A stretch of 64,000 nt of DNA. It comes from Candidatus Zixiibacteriota bacterium (GTDB lineage Bacteria; Zixibacteria; MSB-5A5; GN15; FEB-12). The notes beneath the pieces are model-generated. The model was not told the DNA's origin. It saw only the letters and a program-made list of their open reading frames with translations, and did not search any database. Below are positions 1 to 9,735 of the stretch, one piece after another. The stretch spans positions 486,926-550,925 of the forward strand of contig DAOSXA010000003.1 in assembly GCA_035380245.1 (NCBI GenBank), read 5' to 3'. The position numbers and the translations under genes are program-made. The stretch's first letter is position 1, and each line of letters begins with the position of its first letter.

Positions 1-2
1 CT

Positions 3-995
3 TTGTGGAACTGGTTCACCGGCAGCCGGGCGGATTCACCGAATAATATCGGATATTCGGAGCGTGCTGCTTACCCTGCGATTCCCGATTCCTGCCTGCA
101 TACCTATCGGGCTTTCCCGGTGCTGTTACGCGGCAACGAAAACGATACTTTGCCGGATCACAATGCTGCCTATTATCTGAAGCTGGACGATATCAACAAT
201 ACCTGGTACGATACGACGTTTTGGATCTGTAACGACGGCTCGTTCCCCAACTGTAGTGATTCCACCAAAGTAACCGACACTATCGATAATCCTTATGATA
301 TCGTGCATATTGATTCACTGTTTACTATCTGGTTGCTGAACGGTGATCCCGGTGATTCTGATAATCCTACCCTTCCGGAGGGATGGGGAGTGAATATCGT
401 CTACCAGTCTGAGATTGATCCCGACTCGATGGTGATCGATGCTTTTCTCGTTCCCGATGATGCCGTCAACCGTCTCGATTTGATAAATCCCAGGCAGTAT
501 TCCTCACTTACGTTCATCATGACGCCGGCCTCATCGGAGAAGCAGTTCTATGACAATATCCACTATCGTTCGCAATTGATGGGGTACTACATCCCTGAGA
601 AGGTTGGCGTGGACTCCAGTCTCATCGATGTCATGGCGTCCGTTCTGGTTCCTTTTCCGAATCCTTGTGTGATCAGTGAGATGGATGAACCAAAAGTTAC
701 GTTCAAGTTCCAGATGCCGACTGATGAAACCAGCTATCCTGTTTACGATGTCAGTATCGATCCCTTGCTGATAGTCGATATCTACTCACTGGCCGGGGAA
801 AGAGTGGCGACCGTCGGAGACATCGTTAAGCGCAATTCCCGCCGAGGGCTGTATTACACCGAATGGGATCTGACTAACGAAGCCGGGCGTGAAGTCGCCT
901 CGGGAATCTATTTGGTTTATGCACGTCTGTTCACCCGTGAAGGATTAACCGAAATGCTCGCGGAGGGCACCGCGAAGGTGGCCGTTATCCGATGA
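3..995 (+). CDS. Secreted protein, C-terminal fragment (5' end outside the window) with a T9SS/FlgD-Ig-like C-terminal sorting domain
   Basis: The frame is open to the window edge. The last ~80 aa (FPNPCV..VDIYSLAGERVATV..YYTEWDLTNEAGREVASGIYLVYARL..AKVAVIR) fit the beta-sandwich tail pattern of T9SS type-A / FlgD-Ig domains. The stop overlaps the next start (ATGA at 992-995). Confidence 0.5.
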   Translation: MWNWFTGSRADSPNNIGYSERAAYPAIPDSCLHTYRAFPVLLRGNENDTLPDHNAAYYLKLDDINNTWYDTTFWICNDGSFPNCSDSTKVTDTIDNPYDIVHIDSLFTIWLLNGDPGDSDNPTLPEGWGVNIVYQSEIDPDSMVIDAFLVPDDAVNRLDLINPRQYSSLTFIMTPASSEKQFYDNIHYRSQLMGYYIPEKVGVDSSLIDVMASVLVPFPNPCVISEMDEPKVTFKFQMPTDETSYPVYDVSIDPLLIVDIYSLAGERVATVGDIVKRNSRRGLYYTEWDLTNEAGREVASGIYLVYARLFTREGLTEMLAEGTAKVAVIR

Positions 996-1516
996 ATCGG
1001 ATCGGCCTCATTGCTCGCATTGCGGTTTTCTCGGCATTAATCTATGTGCTTGGTTTGGGTACGACCTTATTACCCAATGTCAATCCGGCCTTCTTTATAA
1101 TTTTTGTCGCCGGTATGATCTGGGGCTTAGTCCCCGGTGTGCTGGTCGGTGCTGTCGGCATGGGGTTATGGACTTTGTTTCATCCCTTCGGTCCAGCCAT
1201 GCCGCCGATTATGCTGGCTCAGGTATCGGGCGCCGCCGCCTCGGGAGTAATCGGGGCTTTCTTCGATCTGACGGACTGGCAATCTTACGGTTTGTGGCGT
1301 CGGTCGTTGATCCTGGTGCTGTATAGCCTGATGTGTACGGTGTTGTTCTATCTTCCGGTCACAGTAGTTGATGCTTATCTGTTTCAGCCGTTCTGGCCGC
1401 GGTTTATCGGTGGACTACCCTGGGTACTGATCGGCATGGCATCGAACGCCGTTATTTTCCCTTTGCTTTTTCCCGCGGCGCGTCTTTTATATCTCAAGGA
1501 AAGACGTTGCCAATGA
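992..1516 (+). CDS. Small polytopic membrane protein, ECF-transporter S-component-like
   Basis: 174 aa with about 5-6 hydrophobic helices. The N-terminus IARIAVFSALIYVLG resembles substrate-capture (S) components. It is translationally coupled on both sides (ATGA overlaps at 992 and 1513). Confidence 0.35.
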   Translation: MNRIGLIARIAVFSALIYVLGLGTTLLPNVNPAFFIIFVAGMIWGLVPGVLVGAVGMGLWTLFHPFGPAMPPIMLAQVSGAAASGVIGAFFDLTDWQSYGLWRRSLILVLYSLMCTVLFYLPVTVVDAYLFQPFWPRFIGGLPWVLIGMASNAVIFPLLFPAARLLYLKERRCQ

Positions 1517-3540
1517 AAAATCTGCTTGTATTGTTATCGCTGTTGCTGGTGACTTCACCTGTGTTCGGACAGGAGGTCGACAGTGCTCAAGTCGCTATAG
1601 ACACAACTTCAACGGTGGTGATCCCGGCGTCTGATTCTTCGTTTGTCTCGGATTCATCTCTCGTGCCTGATTCGCTTGCCGCGGGAGCGGATTCATTATT
1701 GGCGGACTCGCTAACATTCGAGGAACGTCTGGAGCGTTATAGGCAGACGTTGATCCGTCGCAAACCGAGGCTTTCCTCTCGTGACAGTCTCCTTGTTTAT
1801 TTTGCTTCAAACCGCTTGAATGTTGCCGATCAAAGGAAGCGGTCGTTTTATCATGATGCCGGTGATTATCTCAAGTTCGATCCGGGGTTTTTCGTAAATG
1901 ACGCCAGATTCACGCCGACTCGAAAGACCATACAGCCGTATGGGCTTTCCGGGCCGCGCATGAGTTATGTTATTGACGGCTGGACCATGCAGCCGTTCGG
2001 TCATGTTATCGAACCGGATGGCCTGGTCGATGTCAACGCTTTACCGACGGCATTCGACGAATCACTGTACATCGTTCCGGGGGCTGCGGGGATCCTGTTC
2101 GGAGCGGACCAGTCGGTTGCCGCTTTGGTAACCGAACCGATGAAGCCGACCGACAGTATTTCGCACAGTTCCATCCTGGGGGAAGAAGGGGATCTCGGAT
2201 GGTCCTGGGTGCGAGGGCGATTCACTCGCAATTTCCATGACGGTCGCCAGACTCATGCCTCGGTGGAATACCGGGACGGTGACGGCTATAACGGTGTCGG
2301 CGATCACTCTTACAATTATGTTGGTGATTTCTATTTCCCCATCGGTCTTACCTGGGGGGCTCAGGCGCGAGGTCAGCTTTATCGCGACAATGGTGTTCTT
2401 TATCCTCATGTGATGTTAAATGGTGTAGCATACCGCCGTTTCAGCCGCGAGAGTCGGGGGGAGCTGATAATCGAGAAAAACAACGAGGCCGGCGATGCTC
2501 GTCTGGCGCTTGGATATAAGTATCTCAGTCAATTTGCATCCATGAACGATATTTATCTGGCCAACCGTCGCTATACCGGTCACGCGGGGTATTTTGAAGC
2601 GACCAAGGTGATGGGGAACAACCTTTTCGAGGCTCGAATCGGCGGAACCAGTCTGGAATACGATAACTGGTATCATCGTTACGAACGATCTCAAGCTGAT
2701 TTGCGGATTGTTTTGGCGCATTTATCGCACGGGCTCACCTGGGCGCTGGTGGGAGGTGGGCGCTATGATGATGAGTTTGATCTTCAACCACTCGGCGCTC
2801 TGATCGTAACTCGTGAGACCAATCGGTCCTATTTGTTGTTGTCGGCCGGTTATGCTGAGCGAGCGCCTACGCTGTACGAACGTTTTCTGCATTTCCGGAC
2901 ACTCTCGATTTTCGGCTCTTCTTCCATCAACTACGCCGAATCGGGAAACGATGATCTGGTAGCGGAAAAGCAGTTGATCGGCAGCGCCGTTTACGAATAC
3001 GGCAGCCGTACGACAGCGTTGCGACTTTCCGTTACCGGCGGACGGATAACCGACGGGATCGACTGGCGGAACTACGAGACAAACGACGAAGACATAACCT
3101 ATGACCTTTTCACCCCTGAAAACGGTGATGTTGACTTCGTTGATTTTTCGGTCTCCGAAAGACTGCAACTCAATCGGTATATGAACCTGTCCGGGGGTGT
3201 TGCCGTTCACTCCATTTCCTACGAAAACCTGGATACGACTTATTATACACCTGATTTCCAGTCGTATGCCGGACTGGAGTTGCATCTGCCCTGGGACAGT
3301 CGCAAAGTAGACTTTTACGGTTATGCCGAGTTGGTTTATATCGGTCCCTACGACGGTTATGAGGATCTCGAATTGGGTGACTATCCGCTGATTAACGGCA
3401 AACTCACGCTTGAGATGGGGCCGTTTCGTTTCTTTACGGTTTTCGAAAACATTACCAGTCAGACTTACCGGACACGAGACTATTTCCATAACACCGATCA
3501 GTTTTTCTATTACGGTATTGCCTGGCACTTCCTCGATTAG
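1513..3540 (+). CDS. TonB-dependent-receptor-like outer-membrane beta-barrel protein
   Basis: Signal peptide MKNLLVLLSLLLVTSPVFGQ. Plug-like segment (YGLSGPRMSYVIDGWTMQPF). AGYAERAPTLYERF resembles the conserved TBDR barrel motif. Alternating beta-strand pattern with an aromatic-rich C-terminus. The ATG at 1513 is preferred over the TTG at 1507. Confidence 0.5.
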   Translation: MKNLLVLLSLLLVTSPVFGQEVDSAQVAIDTTSTVVIPASDSSFVSDSSLVPDSLAAGADSLLADSLTFEERLERYRQTLIRRKPRLSSRDSLLVYFASNRLNVADQRKRSFYHDAGDYLKFDPGFFVNDARFTPTRKTIQPYGLSGPRMSYVIDGWTMQPFGHVIEPDGLVDVNALPTAFDESLYIVPGAAGILFGADQSVAALVTEPMKPTDSISHSSILGEEGDLGWSWVRGRFTRNFHDGRQTHASVEYRDGDGYNGVGDHSYNYVGDFYFPIGLTWGAQARGQLYRDNGVLYPHVMLNGVAYRRFSRESRGELIIEKNNEAGDARLALGYKYLSQFASMNDIYLANRRYTGHAGYFEATKVMGNNLFEARIGGTSLEYDNWYHRYERSQADLRIVLAHLSHGLTWALVGGGRYDDEFDLQPLGALIVTRETNRSYLLLSAGYAERAPTLYERFLHFRTLSIFGSSSINYAESGNDDLVAEKQLIGSAVYEYGSRTTALRLSVTGGRITDGIDWRNYETNDEDITYDLFTPENGDVDFVDFSVSERLQLNRYMNLSGGVAVHSISYENLDTTYYTPDFQSYAGLELHLPWDSRKVDFYGYAELVYIGPYDGYEDLELGDYPLINGKLTLEMGPFRFFTVFENITSQTYRTRDYFHNTDQFFYYGIAWHFLD

Positions 3541-3586
3541 ATTCGGGGCTGCTTGACATGTATCAGGGCGGGCGCTTAATTCAATT

Positions 3587-4147
3587 ATGCAACAGTTGAC
3601 CTTAACACGCGATGAAGCCTATCGTAAAACGGTCGAGCAATTAGGGACCGGCAATCTGCTGAAGCATGTCCTGGCGGTAGAAGCCGGTATGCGGCGCCTG
3701 GCGGAACATCTGGAACAGGATGTTGAAATGTGGGGATTAACCGGTCTCATCCATGATCTGGACTACGAAAAGACCAAGGATGATCCGGATCGTCACGGGT
3801 TCATGACCTGTGAATGGTTGAGTCAATGTCGACTTCCATCCGAAATGCTCCATGCGATCAAAGCTCATCCCGGCCATATCCCGTGTGATAACCTCATGGA
3901 TTGGGCTTTGTATGCGGTTGATCCCGCTTCAGGCTTTATCGTTGCCTGCGCTTTGATGCACCCCGACAAGAAGCTCGATGCGATCGATATCGATTTCATG
4001 GTTCGTCGATTTGGTGAGAAACGTTTCGCCGCGGGCGCCTCGCGTGAGAATATGGCGGCCTGCTCCAATCTTGGACTCACTCTCGAGCAGTTTCTGATTT
4101 TGGTACAAGAGGGTATGTTGCGTATCCGAACCGATCTGGGGCTTTAG
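3587..4147 (+). CDS. HD-domain metal-dependent phosphohydrolase
   Basis: 186 aa with H..HD signature (LLKHVLAVE ... GLIHDLDYEK ... DRHG), typical of small stand-alone HD hydrolases. Confidence 0.65.
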   Translation: MQQLTLTRDEAYRKTVEQLGTGNLLKHVLAVEAGMRRLAEHLEQDVEMWGLTGLIHDLDYEKTKDDPDRHGFMTCEWLSQCRLPSEMLHAIKAHPGHIPCDNLMDWALYAVDPASGFIVACALMHPDKKLDAIDIDFMVRRFGEKRFAAGASRENMAACSNLGLTLEQFLILVQEGMLRIRTDLGL

Positions 4148-4150
4148 GCC

Positions 4151-5485
4151 GTGAACACCGAACGGAGCATCCTGCGCCGCGACGTTATTGCCTGGTCGTT
4201 GTACGACTTTGCCAACACTATTTTTTCCATGAACATCATCTCGCTTTATCTGAAGCGTCATATCGTTGAAGATTTGGGATTCGGCGACCGCCATTTCGAT
4301 ATCCCGTACTCGATATCAATGCTGGCTGCGGCGTTGGTTTTACCGGCTCTCGGGGCGATTTCCGACCAGGCCGGGAAGAAGAAAGCGTTTCTGTTTCTGT
4401 TTACACTTACCTGTTGTATCGCGACCGGTCTTTTAGCGTTCGTTCCCGTGGGAGCAATTGCCGTTACGATCGTGTTGCTCATCACGGCCAACTTCTCTTA
4501 TGAGGCGGGGCAACCGTTCTATAACGCCCTGCTGTATTCAGTGGCCGAAGGACGCCAGGCACGGTTCGTCTCGGGAGTTGGGGTGGCTATGGGTTATGTA
4601 GGTTCGGTTGGCGGGATGTTGCTGGTGTTGCCGTTCGTGACCGGCTCACTCTTTTCCTGGGATGTGCCGCTGCTCGAAGCGGGAGGGAAGACGGCGGCAT
4701 TTATTCCTACAGCGGTGCTCTTTTTCCTGTTTGCTCTTCCCACGTTTCTTTGGGTGAAGGAAAAACGATCCCGGACGGTCTCAACACCGGGGCTGATCCG
4801 GGCGTATAAGGAGGTATGGGAATCACTGAGGGATACCCGACGCTATCCCGGGGTACTCCGTTTTTTGATTGCGGATTATTTCATTGAGGATGCTGTCGCT
4901 GTCGTTATCATAAATATGGGTTTGTATGCCTCAGTGGTGATTGGCTTTCATGAGGAACTAATAACCATGTTTCTCGTTGTATCGACCGTCTCCGCCGTGA
5001 TCGGGTCGTTCATAATAGGTAAGGTGGCGACAATCGTAAGTTTGAAGAAACTGATGGTCGTGATCGTGGCCGGCTGGCTAGCCGGTCTGGTGCTGTTTGT
5101 TTTCACTGCGAGTCAGTCAATGATTTGGATTTTAGGTTCGCTGATAGGCATCCTTCTTGGCGGTCTATGGACCGTATCGCGACCCTTGCTGGCCGAACTG
5201 GTGCCTGAGAATGAACTGGGTCGTTTTTTCGGTCTTTTCTCACTCTCCGGACGTGCGGCAGCAGTGCTGGGACCGCTTATCTGGACCGCATCGGTGTACC
5301 TCTTCAATGCTAACCGGTTCCTCGGCGGGCAAGTCGTTGAGATTTTCAAGATTGGCCCTGAGCAATACGACCAGCTACCTTATCGGGCGGCGGTCCTTTC
5401 GTTGGTGGTGATGATGGCGATCGGACTCTTTATTTTCCGCAAAGTCCCGGAAACCGGAGATATGGATTATGCAAAAAAAGGCTGA
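4151..5485 (+). CDS. MFS transporter, UMF1/Atg22-like family
   Basis: 444 aa, about 12 TM segments. The N-terminal AWSLYDFANTIFSMNIISLYL matches the UMF1-family opening motif. GTG start. Confidence 0.7.
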   Translation: MNTERSILRRDVIAWSLYDFANTIFSMNIISLYLKRHIVEDLGFGDRHFDIPYSISMLAAALVLPALGAISDQAGKKKAFLFLFTLTCCIATGLLAFVPVGAIAVTIVLLITANFSYEAGQPFYNALLYSVAEGRQARFVSGVGVAMGYVGSVGGMLLVLPFVTGSLFSWDVPLLEAGGKTAAFIPTAVLFFLFALPTFLWVKEKRSRTVSTPGLIRAYKEVWESLRDTRRYPGVLRFLIADYFIEDAVAVVIINMGLYASVVIGFHEELITMFLVVSTVSAVIGSFIIGKVATIVSLKKLMVVIVAGWLAGLVLFVFTASQSMIWILGSLIGILLGGLWTVSRPLLAELVPENELGRFFGLFSLSGRAAAVLGPLIWTASVYLFNANRFLGGQVVEIFKIGPEQYDQLPYRAAVLSLVVMMAIGLFIFRKVPETGDMDYAKKG

Positions 5486-6527
5486 CGGCTCCTGTCAATA
5501 TACCGGTGTGATTCACGTTCACACGACCGAGTCCGACGGCACCAAATCTCTGGAAGAAGTGGTGGCGATTGGTCGAGAAACCGGCCTCGAATTCATGCTC
5601 TTTTCGGATCACATGAATCTCAACAATCGCGAGGCCGGTAAAGAAGGCTTTTACGGCGATACCCTGGTCCTGATCGGTTACGAACACAACGATCTCGATG
5701 ACTGCCATCATTATCTGCTGTTCGATTCTCCCCGGGTTTATCCGAAAGACATGACCGCAGCACAGTACGTAGCGGCCGGAGCCGCCGACGGGGCTCTCGG
5801 TATTCTGGCTCACCCCGACGAAATAAGAGAGGCGATTGTCGAGCATCCTGCTTATCCCTGGAAAGATTGGTCTGTCAGGGGATACAACGGTATCGAACTA
5901 TGGAATCAGATGTCCGAATGGATGGAGAAGCTCACGCCCTCGAACAAACTTATCATGGCGTTTTCCCCGCGTAAGTCGATGGTCGGTCCGACCGATCGCA
6001 TTCTTCGTAAATGGGACGAATTGAACCGGTCGCGCAAAGTGGTCGGCATCGCCGGGGTGGATGCCCACGCTTTTCCGATCAAAGTCGGCCCACTCACCGT
6101 TGAGATATTTCCGTATAAAGTCCATTTCCGTTCCCTGCGTTGCTACATCGCTTTACCGGAAGAATTAAGTCGCGATCTTGACCGGGCTCGTCTCCAATTA
6201 TATGCAGCCATAAGAGAATGTCGGCTTTATTTCGCCAACGTTCGTTGGGGCGATGCCGAGAACTTCGAATTCTGGTGTGAAAACTCACGACGCAAGGTCG
6301 GCAGCGGCGGTGAACTGAACCTCGAAGATGGAAAAACCGTGATTGAGGTGAAAACACCCGAAGCGGCCCGGTTGAACCTGGTCCGAAACGGTGAGAGTAT
6401 TTTTTGTGAGAAAACGGATCATATCACATATGAACTGTCCGAACCGGGTTTATATCGTGTAGAAGCCTGGAAGGGAAGACGCGGCTGGATTTTTTCTAAC
6501 CATATTAGAGTCGGAGGGGAGTCCTGA
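5469..6527 (+). CDS. PHP-domain (CehA/McbA-like) metallohydrolase
   Basis: The N-terminal GVIHVHTTESDG, then FSDH and VDAHAF, fit PHP metal-binding His/Asp motifs. It overlaps the MFS gene by 17 nt. Confidence 0.65.
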   Translation: MQKKADGSCQYTGVIHVHTTESDGTKSLEEVVAIGRETGLEFMLFSDHMNLNNREAGKEGFYGDTLVLIGYEHNDLDDCHHYLLFDSPRVYPKDMTAAQYVAAGAADGALGILAHPDEIREAIVEHPAYPWKDWSVRGYNGIELWNQMSEWMEKLTPSNKLIMAFSPRKSMVGPTDRILRKWDELNRSRKVVGIAGVDAHAFPIKVGPLTVEIFPYKVHFRSLRCYIALPEELSRDLDRARLQLYAAIRECRLYFANVRWGDAENFEFWCENSRRKVGSGGELNLEDGKTVIEVKTPEAARLNLVRNGESIFCEKTDHITYELSEPGLYRVEAWKGRRGWIFSNHIRVGGES

Positions 6528-6568
6528 GTCCGGCCGATATCATAACGCATCTGCTGTTTCTCAGTCGG

Positions 6569-6940
6569 GTGCATCAATCGCCGGTGAGGATTAACGGCGG
6601 TGAAAAACTAGTTTGTAAGTTTGTCATCATTGAGCATAACAACGAGCCCTGGTTAGTGGTTGGTCCGGTGGCGGAATTCCCATATCATGCGAACCTGGTC
6701 GATCGCTATTGTGACATCAAAAACGTCGCCTCGACCTGGGTTCACAAGCCCGATCTGCTTAGGATATTCGACGCTGATGTCCATGTAGCCGGGGGAGGGT
6801 GGCTTGATTTGGATCCGGTCGATTCATCCATAAAACTTTATGGAAACTCCACTGCTTATGGCGGTTTTAATCGTCACACCGCTCGCTCGGCAATAAGCTC
6901 AGACGGGCGTTTTCACGCCTATGAAATCATTCCCGGCTGA
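6569..6940 (+). CDS. PHPT1/Janus-family-like protein (candidate 14-kDa-type phosphohistidine phosphatase)
   Basis: 123 aa, GTG start. By-eye alignment to human PHPT1: CKFVIIEH ~ FKYVLIRVH; FPYHANLVDRY ~ AEYHADIYDKV (catalytic His position); VAGGGWLDL..SSIKLYGNSTAYGGFNRH ~ CLGGGRISH..KKIHVYGYSMAYGPAQH. Length also matches (~125 aa). Confidence 0.45.
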   Translation: MHQSPVRINGGEKLVCKFVIIEHNNEPWLVVGPVAEFPYHANLVDRYCDIKNVASTWVHKPDLLRIFDADVHVAGGGWLDLDPVDSSIKLYGNSTAYGGFNRHTARSAISSDGRFHAYEIIPG

Positions 6941-7105
6941 TGCCGCATTAGCTGTCAATTTGTGATAAAAGTAGCAATCTCGGGGCTGTTGGTTAAATAG
7001 GAGTAATTTGTAAGCAATTGGCTTTCAGGTTATTGAGTGAACGGTTTCAGCCCGAATGAGATAATCGCCACGACCAAAAAGACCAGATGACGCTCTTAAA
7101 AATTC

Positions 7106-7134
7106 TTGACATTGCAAAACAGAATGGCTACAGT
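7106..7134 (+). promoter_or_regulatory. Candidate sigma70-type promoter of the nuo operon
   Basis: TTGACA (7106-7111), 17-nt spacer, TACAGT (7129-7134), about 40 nt upstream of the nuoA ATG. Sequence match only. Confidence 0.3.
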
Positions 7135-7174
7135 TACCAAAATAATTTGCGTAGTGTGGAGTGTATGACACCGC

Positions 7175-7531
7175 ATGTTTGATACTATTTATCCCATTCT
7201 GTTTCTGATGCTCTGCGGGGTTGTTATGGCTGTGGCATTCTTGCTCCTCTCTTCGTACGTGGGCAAGCGAACCCGGCTAGGTAAAAAGAATGACCCTTAC
7301 GAATGTGGTGTGGAGCCGGTAGGTACCACCCGGAATCCGGTGCCGGTTAAATTCTACCTGGTGGCCATTCTATTTATCCTTTTTGATATAGAAATCATCT
7401 TTTTATATCCCTGGGCGGTGATCTCCCGTCGTCTCGGCATCTTCGGTTTTGTTGAAATGCTGGTATTCATTATCATCCTCCTGGTAGGTTACTTTTACGT
7501 TCTGGGACGAGGAGCCCTCAAATGGGAATAG
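7175..7531 (+). CDS. nuoA: NADH-quinone oxidoreductase subunit A
   Basis: 118 aa, 3 TM, YECGVEP and [12 protein letters not shown] motifs. First gene of the nuo array. Confidence 0.9.
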   Translation: MFDTIYPILFLMLCGVVMAVAFLLLSSYVGKRTRLGKKNDPYECGVEPVGTTRNPVPVKFYLVAILFILFDIEIIFLYPWAVISRRLGIFGFVEMLVFIIILLVGYFYVLGRGALKWE

Positions 7532-8022
7532 AAGAGAAAATCCCCGATTCGATCTTATTGACCTCGCTGGATAAAATGGTGAACTGGGCGCACAAGCGCT
7601 CCATGTGGCCTCTAACTTTCGGTTTGGCCTGTTGCGCTATCGAGATGATGTCAACGGCTGCCTCCCATTATGATCTGGCCAGATTCGGGATGGAGGTGTA
7701 TCGTCCGTCACCGCGCCAGGCCGATCTGATGATCGTTGCCGGTCGGGTGTCGCTTAAGATGGCTCCGGTGATCAAGACGCTTTATGAGCAAATGCCCAAT
7801 CCCAAATGGGTGATTGCGATGGGCGCATGCGCTTCCTGTGGCGGGGTATTCAATAACTATGCTGTGGTACAGGGTGTCGATCGCATTGTCCCGGTTGATA
7901 TATATGTGCCGGGATGTCCGCCGCGACCGGAGCAGCTCATGAACGGTTTTATGAAGCTGTTCGAAAAAGTCGATAAGGACTCCATGAAAAATTACCGTGA
8001 GTCCTGGGGTCGTAAGATTTAA
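7522..8022 (+). CDS. nuoB: NADH-quinone oxidoreductase subunit B
   Basis: [18 protein letters not shown] and VPGCPPRPE, the N2 [4Fe-4S] cysteine motifs. Confidence 0.95.
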   Translation: MGIEEKIPDSILLTSLDKMVNWAHKRSMWPLTFGLACCAIEMMSTAASHYDLARFGMEVYRPSPRQADLMIVAGRVSLKMAPVIKTLYEQMPNPKWVIAMGACASCGGVFNNYAVVQGVDRIVPVDIYVPGCPPRPEQLMNGFMKLFEKVDKDSMKNYRESWGRKI

Positions 8023-8047
8023 GAGGATAACAGGGATTCGATTCGGT

Positions 8048-8563
8048 ATGGAAGAGAAAATTAGAGGCTTTCTAAAGGAACGGTTCCCGGAGGCGGTACT
8101 CAAAGAAGAAGAGTTTCGCGGCGATCTCAGTTTCTTCATCAAGCCCGAAGCCCTGGTCGACATCTGTCAGGCTCTGCTGGAAAGCACCGATCTGGATGTC
8201 AAATACCTCTGCGATATAACCACCGTTGACTGGCTGGGACATGAAAGCGAGTCCGAGGGCCGCTTCGAGATGGTCTATAATCTGTATTCTCTTAGCGGCA
8301 AATACCGTTTCTTTCTTAAAGCCCGTATATCCGGTAACAATCCCAAAATCGCGACGTTGTGTGATCTGTGGCCGTCGGCTAACTGGCTGGAACGTGAAGT
8401 CTGGGATTTGTTCGGTATCACTTTCGAAGGACACCCCGATCTGACCCGCATTCTGTTGCCGGATGAGTTCGAGGGATACCCGCTCCGTAAAGACCATGAG
8501 TTACATTATGAGCAGCCAATGTTTAGCTGGAACAAGGACGATCCGCCCGAGGTGATAAAATAA
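8048..8563 (+). CDS. nuoC: NADH-quinone oxidoreductase subunit C
   Basis: ANWLEREVWDLFGITFEGHPDLTRILL signature. The ATG at 8048 (MEEKIRGF) is chosen because the longer ORF start (7997) overlaps the nuoB end. Confidence 0.9.
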   Translation: MEEKIRGFLKERFPEAVLKEEEFRGDLSFFIKPEALVDICQALLESTDLDVKYLCDITTVDWLGHESESEGRFEMVYNLYSLSGKYRFFLKARISGNNPKIATLCDLWPSANWLEREVWDLFGITFEGHPDLTRILLPDEFEGYPLRKDHELHYEQPMFSWNKDDPPEVIK

Positions 8564-9735
8564 TGTCGGAGTCAAGGATCCTTACCGTAAACATGGGGCC
8601 GCAGCACCCGTCGACCCACGGTGTGCTTCGGGTGGTGCTTGAGCTGGATGGTGAGACGGTTATCTCGGCTCGTCCCGTAGTCGGTTATCTCCATACCGGC
8701 ATCGAAAAGACTCTGGAATCGAAGCTTTATAATAAAGCCATTCCATGCACCGACCGGATGGATTATCTCGCCCCCATGAGTAACAACCTGGGCTATTGCC
8801 TGGCGGTCGAGAAGCTCATGGAGATCGATGTCCCGGACAAGGTCAAATGGGCTCGCGTTATCCTGGCTGAATTAACGCGTATCAACTCGCACCTGGTCTG
8901 GCTGGGTACGCATGCCATGGACCTCGGCGCTTTGTCGATGATGCTCTATACATTCCGTGAGAGAGAGTCAATTATCGACGTTTACGAGGCTTGTGCCGGA
9001 CAACGCATGATGACTACTTATATCCGCATTGGCGGGCTGGCGTGGGATCTTCCGTCCGATTTCGACAAGAAGGTTCGTACCGCTTGCGACAACGTCGAAC
9101 GCGGTATTGAAGATTACGAGAAGCTGCTCACCGGCAATCAGATTTTCCTTAACCGCACCAAGGGAATTGCCGTTATTTCAGCCGAAGACGCCATTGCCTG
9201 GTCACTTTCGGGACCGATGCTTCGCGGCAGCGGTGTTAAACGCGATGTCCGTAAGGATGACCCCTATTCCGGATATGAGAATTTCGATTTCGATGTTTGT
9301 CTCGGCAAGACCGGTGATGCCTTCGATCGGTACAAACTTCGTGTCGATGAAATGCGCCAGTCAATAAGAATCATCCGTCAGGCGCTGGACGGCATACCCG
9401 AGGGGCCGTATCGTGCTCATGTTCCGGGAGTCGTTCTGCCACCTAAGGAAGATATTCTATACAAGATGGAATCGTTGATATTCCATTTCAAGATCATTAC
9501 CGAAGGTTTCAAGGCGCCGACCGGCTCGGTGTATCAGGGAATCGAGTCGCCCAAGGGTGAACTCGGATTCTATATTACCGGCGACGGTACGACCAAGGCG
9601 CGTCGCGTACGAGTGCGGCCACCCTGTTTTATCAATCTGGCTTGTCTGCCGGTCCTCTGTGAGGGAAGTCTGTTGGCCGACGTCGTGTGTGCCGTTGGAA
9701 CCATTGATATTGTGCTGGGAGAAGTTGACCGATGA
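8563..9735 (+). CDS. nuoD: NADH-quinone oxidoreductase subunit D
   Basis: NMGPQHPSTHGVLR N-terminus, 390 aa, TAATG overlap with nuoC. Separate from nuoC (not fused). Confidence 0.95.
   Translation: MSESRILTVNMGPQHPSTHGVLRVVLELDGETVISARPVVGYLHTGIEKTLESKLYNKAIPCTDRMDYLAPMSNNLGYCLAVEKLMEIDVPDKVKWARVILAELTRINSHLVWLGTHAMDLGALSMMLYTFRERESIIDVYEACAGQRMMTTYIRIGGLAWDLPSDFDKKVRTACDNVERGIEDYEKLLTGNQIFLNRTKGIAVISAEDAIAWSLSGPMLRGSGVKRDVRKDDPYSGYENFDFDVCLGKTGDAFDRYKLRVDEMRQSIRIIRQALDGIPEGPYRAHVPGVVLPPKEDILYKMESLIFHFKIITEGFKAPTGSVYQGIESPKGELGFYITGDGTTKARRVRVRPPCFINLACLPVLCEGSLLADVVCAVGTIDIVLGEVDR

Noticed and set aside
2722-3528. 268-aa minus-strand ORF inside the TonB-receptor-like gene, plus several shorter ones between 1595 and 2721
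   Set aside because: It is antisense to a signal-peptide-bearing beta-barrel ORF that is translationally coupled to its upstream gene. It has no independent signals.
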